Positions 56,852 to 64,000 of a stretch of DNA of 64,000 nt are shown here, piece by piece. The DNA lies in NCBI GenBank assembly GCA_012295275.1, contig CM022667.1, positions 15,066,001 through 15,130,000 on the forward strand, given 5' to 3'. The position numbers and the translations under genes are program-made. Source of the DNA: Chrysomallon squamiferum. Lineage: Eukaryota > Animalia > Mollusca. Position 1 is the stretch's first letter, and each line of letters begins with the position of its first letter. The notes below the pieces were generated by a model, which saw only the letters and a program-made list of their open reading frames with translations, was not told where the DNA came from and did not search any database.

Positions 56852-56882
<31 letters not shown>

Positions 56883-58214
56883 TATTTTTTAAATCTTTAG
56901 ACATTTTAATTATTTAAATTTTATTTATTTATTTATTATTATTATTATTATTATTTATCATTTATTTAATTACTTATTTTTCATTGTTTTCTTTTTCTTT
57001 CTTTTTTTGCTTTTATTTTGACTCTTTATTATATTTTTAAAACAACATTTTGCTTTCAGTCCCTGATTTGCAGCAGACATACATCATTTTTAAGATTTGT
57101 GCATTGATGTGTATTTCTTTGTACATATATCTGTCTTGTCTATGTATTTCTGCTTCTCTGTGTTCCTTAGTGTTACTGCATTTGTATGTCTGTTTTTATT
57201 TCTCATTGTATATGAATGTTTTGGGGCTTCTTTTATTTATGTCTGTACTGTCTTAGTTTTGGTGAATAATAACACTGACATTGACTCAAAACAGTTTACA
57301 GCTGTCACAATCATCAGCTACTGCTGAACACAAGGAAAAGAATGAAATGTTTGTTTACTGGTACTTCAACAACACTTCATTTTTTAATGTCCTTTTCAAC
57401 TTCCTTGAAAAGCAAATCATTTTGTTGCTAATTCAGTAAATGTTTCATTTCCGAGCTAGCAGATTTTTAGACCTTTTCTGCATAATTTTATATATATTTT
57501 GTAAATGAGATGTTGGTTTGTGTAAAATATGGCATTTTTAATATTTCCATTCAAAATCCTAAAGTTCATTCTTTGTAAAGACTGATTAAAACAAACCTTA
57601 AAACATAAAATTTATTACATTACTGTTAACTTGCCCTTCATCTCAGCAGTGACATGTTGCATTGCTACTATTTAAAAAACTGGAATAAACAATTCACATT
57701 TTGGGGTTTTAAAATATAATATTTGCTAATAAAAATAAACTGGGAGTTAAAATTTTGATTTAAATGAATGAGGTTATTATGAAAGTACAGTGAATACTGG
57801 TCAGATCAAGTTATTTCGAAACTGTTCAAGTCTCAGATAAAGTTACAATTATGTTCAAAATATCACTGGTACTGATTTCATTAGACTATATTGAATGCTA
57901 GTAATTATTTTTTGATTTACTATAGGCAGTAAAGATAATGAATGAATCTGGCTGAAGATATCACATATTTTGGTATAAACTAAATTTATTTCTGTTACAG
58001 TGTGTTGAACTCCACTGAACAAACATTTCTTTCTTTCTAAACACACCACTGTCCACATGTCCTGACTGACATCACCTCTCTCATTACAGAGATTCAATTT
58101 TAGTTACCTTCATCAGTGAAGGTACTAGCATATATGCTGGCTTCGTCATATTTACTGTCCTTGGAGTTATGGCACATCGCCAGGGTGTGCATGTGTCAGA
58201 GGTTGTCTCATCAG
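37599..58214 (+). CDS. SLC6 (neurotransmitter:sodium symporter) amino-acid/glycine-transporter-like gene, 3'-partial: join(37599..37821,44669..44800,47430..47784,47980..48112,55950..56084,56670..56773,58090..58214)
   Basis: Seven GT-AG exons in consistent phase, about 402 codons covering TM1-TM7. Motifs [65 protein letters not shown] and SYNKF. The next expected exon (GPGL.F) was not found in the window. Confidence 0.96.
42640..42653. promoter_or_regulatory. Palindromic RFX X-box in a GC/CpG-rich island of SLC6 intron 1
   Basis: GTTGCCTAGGCAAC is a perfect 14-bp palindrome; TGACGTCA lies at 42719. Confidence 0.5.
43607..43850. mobile_element. Degenerate small non-autonomous DNA transposon (MITE) candidate
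   Basis: Left end CTGGGGCGGATC followed by a G-run; right end C-run followed by GATCAGTCTCAG (9/12 match to the reverse complement of the left end). Confidence 0.35.
44669..44800 (+). CDS. SLC6 exon 2 (TM2)
   Basis: TTTTTCAG acceptor; [43 protein letters not shown]; donor G|GTTAGT. Confidence 0.95.
46750..47425. repeat. Highly decayed pentanucleotide satellite (TATTG/TACTG-like) running up to the SLC6 exon 3 acceptor
   Basis: Recurrent TGTA/ACTGT/ATTGT units with roughly 5-bp spacing. Confidence 0.6.
47430..47784 (+). CDS. SLC6 exon 3 (TM3 and extracellular loop 2)
   Basis: AAG acceptor; [22 protein letters not shown]...[14 protein letters not shown]...SVEEFW; donor CA|GTAAGA. Confidence 0.93.
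47980..48112 (+). CDS. SLC6 exon 4 (TM4)
   Basis: TTCAG acceptor; [44 protein letters not shown]; donor AAG|GTAAGA. Confidence 0.95.
51683..52148. mobile_element. Foldback/MITE-like long inverted repeat in SLC6 intron 4
   Basis: Arms at about 51683-51840 and 51988-52148 are reverse complements with few mismatches (e.g. AAAACTAGCAGTGGCTTTTTTTT..TGTCCAGCGTCATGGA / TCCATGACGCTGGACA..AAAAAAAAGCCACTGCTAGTTTT). Spacer is mostly (AT)n and (AAT)n. No clear TSD. Confidence 0.7.
55950..56084 (+). CDS. SLC6 exon 5 (TM5)
   Basis: TTCTAG acceptor; [45 protein letters not shown]; donor CAG|GTATAC. Confidence 0.95.
56670..56773 (+). CDS. SLC6 exon 6 (TM6)
   Basis: TTCAG acceptor; [34 protein letters not shown]; donor AG|GTAAAG. 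Confidence 0.95.
58090..58214 (+). CDS. SLC6 exon 7 (TM7)
   Basis: TTACAG acceptor; [41 protein letters not shown]; donor CAG|GTGAGA. Confidence 0.95.
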
Positions 58215-61185
58215 GTGAGAATTTATTAATACTACCTTTTCATACTGGCCTTCTGTTTTGACCTGAGAGAGATAGACCATTATTGATTTATATTGTCAGT
58301 TTTTCAGGGAGTGTACAGATGTGTATTATTTAATAGTATATTCGAGGGCATATGTTGCTGATGTTCAAAACAACAGATGTCTGCTGTAGCTGATAATAGA
58401 ATTATTGATTTCAAATTTAATTGTGAACCTGAGGATCAGATATTTTGTGAAATGAATAAAATAATAAAAAAATATTAAGAAAAAAAAAATTTAAAAGAAA
58501 CTAAGGAAGAAAAATGAAAACCCCAAAAGAATGTAATAGAATAAAACAAAATAAAATAAAATAAATAAGAAAGAAAGAAAACAAAATAACAAGGTTAAAA
58601 TCTCTAATATATTATGTTTAATAATATAATAATAATAATAACAATAATAATAATATTAATAATATTAATAATATTAATAATATTAATAATATCAATAATA
58701 ATAATAATATTAATAATATTAATAATAACATCAATAATATTAATAATAAGAATAAATATCTCCATTTGTCATCTTTTCTTCTCTCATATAGTCATACATG
58801 TTTATTATTGTTTTGGGTTCACATAATTTCTTTTCTGAAAATCACTTGGCAAACAAATGTGGCTGTTTTTCATATGCAGAAAATTAGTATGTTTTGACAG
58901 GGAGGAATAAGTCAATTCTTTGTCAGAAGTCTTTTTTATAATTATGAAATGATAGACACACATATGCCTTGGTATGTACTATTACGCTGGCTGCATTTCC
59001 TGATGAACTGACAATAGAATTACTGAAATTATGATATTATAGTTATAATGAAAGACGTATGTAAGAGACATGGTTGTATGTAAGTTTATCACAAAGTTAA
59101 ATAAACATTTTAAAAATGTTTCTTTTAATTTTATTTTCAATATTATTTTGTAAATTTAAGGGAACAGTTTTTCAGTGATGGACAAATTTTTAGAACATCG
59201 ATATTTAAACATTTTTAAGTAAAGGAAATTTGTTGAGAAACAACAACAAAAAAAAAGAGCTAAATTTTGAAACAGATGTCATTTAAGAATGTGCTTATAG
59301 ACATTTTTTATTTATTCATATAGCTACACATACTGATTTTGCATTATCAGTGAAAGAAGGAAAGACAATTACATAAAAATGTAAATTTAAAGTAATTCTT
59401 TGGATTCAATAGTATTGAACTTATTTAACTTGTAGAGTCTCTAATCAAGATTCAAACACAGTTTAAACCTCAATTGTTTGATACACTTGAGGAATTAGAA
59501 TTTAGAAATTTAATGTTTTTGAGCCTTGAGAGTTCTTAAAGTTTTATAAGTTCAAACTACTATTCTAGTTTAAGAGCAGTTCATATTTTAAAGCAGCGTG
59601 TATTCATGCAGAGTTGAAAATTTGAAAACTCTGTTCGAAACTGAAGATGTTTTAAAATATCAACATTTAGTATGTGTAGCTTTGAAAAATACACAGTTAA
59701 AAGATTGTAAGTATCGATGTCAAATAGTAACACTGATCCTCACTGCAGTCCCATTATAATTTCCTTCAGGTCAAATGTGAAATGGCTAAAATTATTCTTG
59801 AAATGGCTAACTGATTTGTATTTTTAAAATCTCTCTCTTTTCTAACACTTTACCCTTTATTAACAAACAGAGAGTATTAGAAATAATGACCAAGATAAAT
59901 ATTAAAAAATAAAAAAATAAAATAACAAAGCAACAGTTTTTGTTACTTTCATTTTAATACTGAAAATCTTGTGTTCATAATATTTTACTATAGTCATTTT
60001 TATCTGCTGAACAAGTTTATATTATTTTATTTTATTTTATTTTATTTTATTTGCTTATTGATATGTTTATTATTTATCAGTTTATTAATTTAATTTATAT
60101 TTTATTTATTTATTTACTTACCTTCATAAAAACTTACCTATTTATTTATATTTTATTGAATAGAAAATTATTTATCCATATAAAATTTTTTGTATATATT
60201 ATTGTCACAGGAGGAATTTTGGGGTAATATGTCATTTGATTTTTGATTTTTGTTTTCCTTTATAATTGTGTGGACTAATATATTGCTAGATTAAATTATA
60301 AGTTTTAATAATGAAATGAATGATCTCACCCATTAAAATGGATGCCTTAGTTTTGAGGTATATTGCATATAGCTAACTGAAAAGACCCATTCTTTTCTCC
60401 TAGTCCAGTTAATAAACACATTTAATCACACCTAAGGATTTTCTTCAGTAGGAATTTGATACTTCTCTCCCTAATGTTTTCCACTGCTGATTAATAGTAA
60501 GGCTGTTTACATTTCTTAAAGGCTGTTCTTTAATAATATGATATAAGATTTCCACCCTTCTTTCATTTGCACAGGTCAAATGTGACATTTTAATGGTTCA
60601 TCACACAAAACTGGTATTAATGTCATATGAACAAACTAATTATTTTTCATTTGGATTGTGAATGCTTCATATGATTTCATAATTTGAATTAATGTAATAA
60701 AAAGGAGAGAGAGAGAAAAAAGAACAACTTTAGTTCTTACAGGAAAAAAAAGGTTACATTTCTGTTTTCTGACCACATTCCTTAAAAAAATCATATTAAT
60801 TATCTCAGCTGGTTGTTTAGTCCGACTTATTCCTATTGCTGTAACGTGTAACTATGATAAAATAAGATGTCCAATTTCAAAACAGATATTACATTTTTCA
60901 TCTTCATTTTCAATTCAGACAGTTATTCTGACACTCATATCATTGTATTCCCTCAATAATAAGGGATTTCTTTCTTTTTTGAGAGGGGAATGTTTCTACC
61001 AAAAAGGCTATTACAGTGACAAGATGAAAATGACTTCCCTTTTCCTCCAAGACAATACATTTCTTACTTCACCAAAAACTGCAGGTTTTAGTTGATATGA
61101 CCAGTCATTTTCCTCACACCCAGTTTCTCCTTTTCTCCCAAACAGTATATTTCTTACTCCAGCAGTTTGATAGGTATTATTTATT

Positions 61186-61221
<36 letters not shown>

Positions 61222-63285
61222 TAAAATAATATGGTGAGTCCTTTTCCTTTCATCCAGCTTAGCAACAGATATCTTGCATCTATTCTAATAGAAAGATGAA
61301 AAGAGCTGCCCTTTTCATATTCTTGATAATGCTTTTAGTTCCAAAAATGGAAAGAACCCACACTTAATTGTACACAATTTTCTAATTTCTGCACAGGGGT
61401 ATAATTAATCCTTTTCATACTACCTCAGTTAGATGGAATTTTCATATATTTGTGTGTTTGTGTGTGTATGTGTATGTTTGAAATGGGTCCCTATTACAGA
61501 TTATGTCATTATCAACTCAATCCTTCACAAAATCTTCATATATTGAAAACAAATTCTTTTTTTTTGTTTTATTTTTTTTTCCATTTCCTTTTTTATTTAT
61601 TTATCTTTTTTTATTTTATTTTTTATTTATTTATTTATTTTAATTTTTTTTCTGTTTCTCAAATACATAAATCACAGGGTTTAAATTTAAAATGGGTGAA
61701 GTTTTGTTGTTTTTTTTAAAAAGAAAAAGAAAAAGTCTTTCATCTCATTTTCATGCATGTACATGTATGTATTTGATGGAATATATTTTAACTTCATTTC
61801 AGACAAGAGAAGGTCTGCATCTCGGAATTATGTTGGCTTGTGCCGTGTCACTTGTGTATGTACTAAGCAGAAAAAGTAACAAAGTCAATTTCAGCATTTT
61901 ATATGCATATCCATTAATAACATTTAAAATGTTATAGTTAATATAATTAGTCCTAAAAGTTTATAAATTAATTTATATAAATGAAACACTCTTAAATTAA
62001 TATTCTGTTATTGTTTGCAAATATTTCCTGAAAGGATCATTTCATTTATGAAAGTAAATAAATAATATTTTTTTCAAAAAGTAGAAAATAAGTAGGGAAA
62101 TAAATGAACAAATAAACAAATCGCAATATGTTAAAATAATTTTTTTAAAAGTAATTATAAAATTTTATTTTAATATTAATGATAGTGTATTTAATATAAA
62201 ACTATATTTTTATTAATAAATACATAATAAATCTATTAAAATTGTATTTAAAAGCTGATTAATAAAATATTTTTAATACATATTTCTTAACTTTGAATTC
62301 TCTTTATGTTTATTTTTGGCAAATTATCACTGCTGTGTCACAAGAAGTGATATTATTATGTTATGTGTTATATAATTCAACTTTACTCATCAACAAGTTT
62401 TTATTTGCCATAACAACCATAATTGTGCCAGTCTACTAATATAATCATTGTAACTAATGCTTAGGAAAATGTCTAGTTTCAGCCTAAAATGATTGCAGTA
62501 TAAATAACACAAGTTGAAATATAACAGGAATATGCACAGATAATTTGAATTAAGTCAATAAAATGAAAATGTCGGGCAATAATAAAGTTTTACTAGTATT
62601 AACACCGAAAAATTTAACAACTAATAAAATTTCAACAGTGAAATTTAATTGTATTTAAGATGCAGATCTATAAAGAAAGTTTTTTGGGGTCATCTGGAAA
62701 CTGATAACTCCTGTTTTATTGCTGTAAGACTAAAAACAAACTAATGTCCAACTGATCCTTGTGGAAAGATAATGTTTTAATTCCAAGATCTATTCTTTCA
62801 GCTGCTGAGACATTCTTCCCATATACTAGCAGTTTGCAATATTCATCTGTGATGGTCAGTCTTTATAATAATTTAGGCAGACCTATTGTTCTTATAATAT
62901 TGAATGGTTAAACTAGAATATTTTGAAAATAATGGTGTGTTCTATTAGATTAAAATTTAAAAAATCAGTCAATACTGACAAACATTATGTCTGACAGGAT
63001 AAAAGATGCTGGCAGATATTCTTTTAATCATTTAATCATGCCACTGTTTATGACTGTTTTGTCCCAAATTACTTCATATGTTCTTTGTGGACACCAGTCT
63101 ATAACAGTTTCTTTTGTAGAACTATTTCAGAGACCACTAAATATATTTATCCTCAACTCTTTTTTTTAAAGAACCTATATAAATGGTCAAAAATATTGCT
63201 GATAATATCACTTCAGACATTATAGCAGTGTTTAAAATATTCATAATTTTTATTGAAATTATATGAACTCATAAATACATTTATT

Positions 63286-63351
<66 letters not shown>

Positions 63352-63354
63352 TAA

Positions 63355-63385
<31 letters not shown>

Positions 63386-64000
63386 CTGAAAAGAATAAAA
63401 ACATTAATCCGAGGTGATAAAATACTTTGTTTTAAAAGTTAGAATAATGCATACACATTCAGATTATTTATATAATAAAATATGACATATAAGTCAACCG
63501 CGTAATTTTATTTATATACTTTATATATTTCTTGTGATAAAACTTTTGTAACTTATATTTGCTGTTGTTTCAGGAAATATGTATATATGAATATGTGTTG
63601 TTATGTTTATGCAGATTTTATTGAACTGAAAATGCTCTCCTGTATTTGAAAACAAAGCAATATTATTTTACAAAAATAGTGCAATTAGGAGATTTCATTT
63701 AATTTTTAATTACTTGATAGAAAATAACAATAGACTTAGAATTTACTGTACAAAATTTAAAAATTTCAATGGGTTCTTTTACCTTATTTGATTATTCATC
63801 CTGAACTTTTATATAATAATAAAACATACTGCCATCTCACATTAAATGTAAGTATTGGGATATAAATATATACTGGTATATAATAATTATCTCCTAACAC
63901 ATATATATTTTCAAGATATAATAATAAAGCTTTACCAATGTCTTTTCCAGATGCATAAAAATACTGAATTGGAAAAAAAAAAGGGCCAGTAATCTCAAAT

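Noticed and set aside
58215-64000. Search for SLC6 exon 8 (GPGL.F/TM8); CAG|GTCAAATGTGA occurs near 59767 and 60572
   Set aside because: Neither site translates to SLC6 sequence; the remaining exons probably lie beyond the window.

Overview
AT-rich, microsatellite-dense eukaryotic genomic DNA. It looks like an invertebrate, plausibly a mollusc, which is an inference from repeat content and gene style only. Almost all entries in the supplied ORF track are microsatellite translations. Reading splice sites by hand gives three + strand genes. (1) The 3' part of a TLC-domain (TRAM/LAG1/CLN8) membrane protein at about 2666-3832, whose last exon is split between two frames. (2) A complete four-exon, 172-aa secreted group III (bee-venom-type) phospholipase A2 at 27639-30605, missed by the ORF track. 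A decayed duplicate of its first exon lies just upstream. (3) The first seven coding exons of an SLC6 Na+-coupled amino-acid/neurotransmitter transporter at 37599-58214, continuing beyond the window, with non-canonical residues at the Cl-/Na1 site. Other signals are a long intronic inverted repeat, strong TGACGTCA enrichment, RFX X-boxes and an abrupt CpG-depletion boundary near 56 kb.
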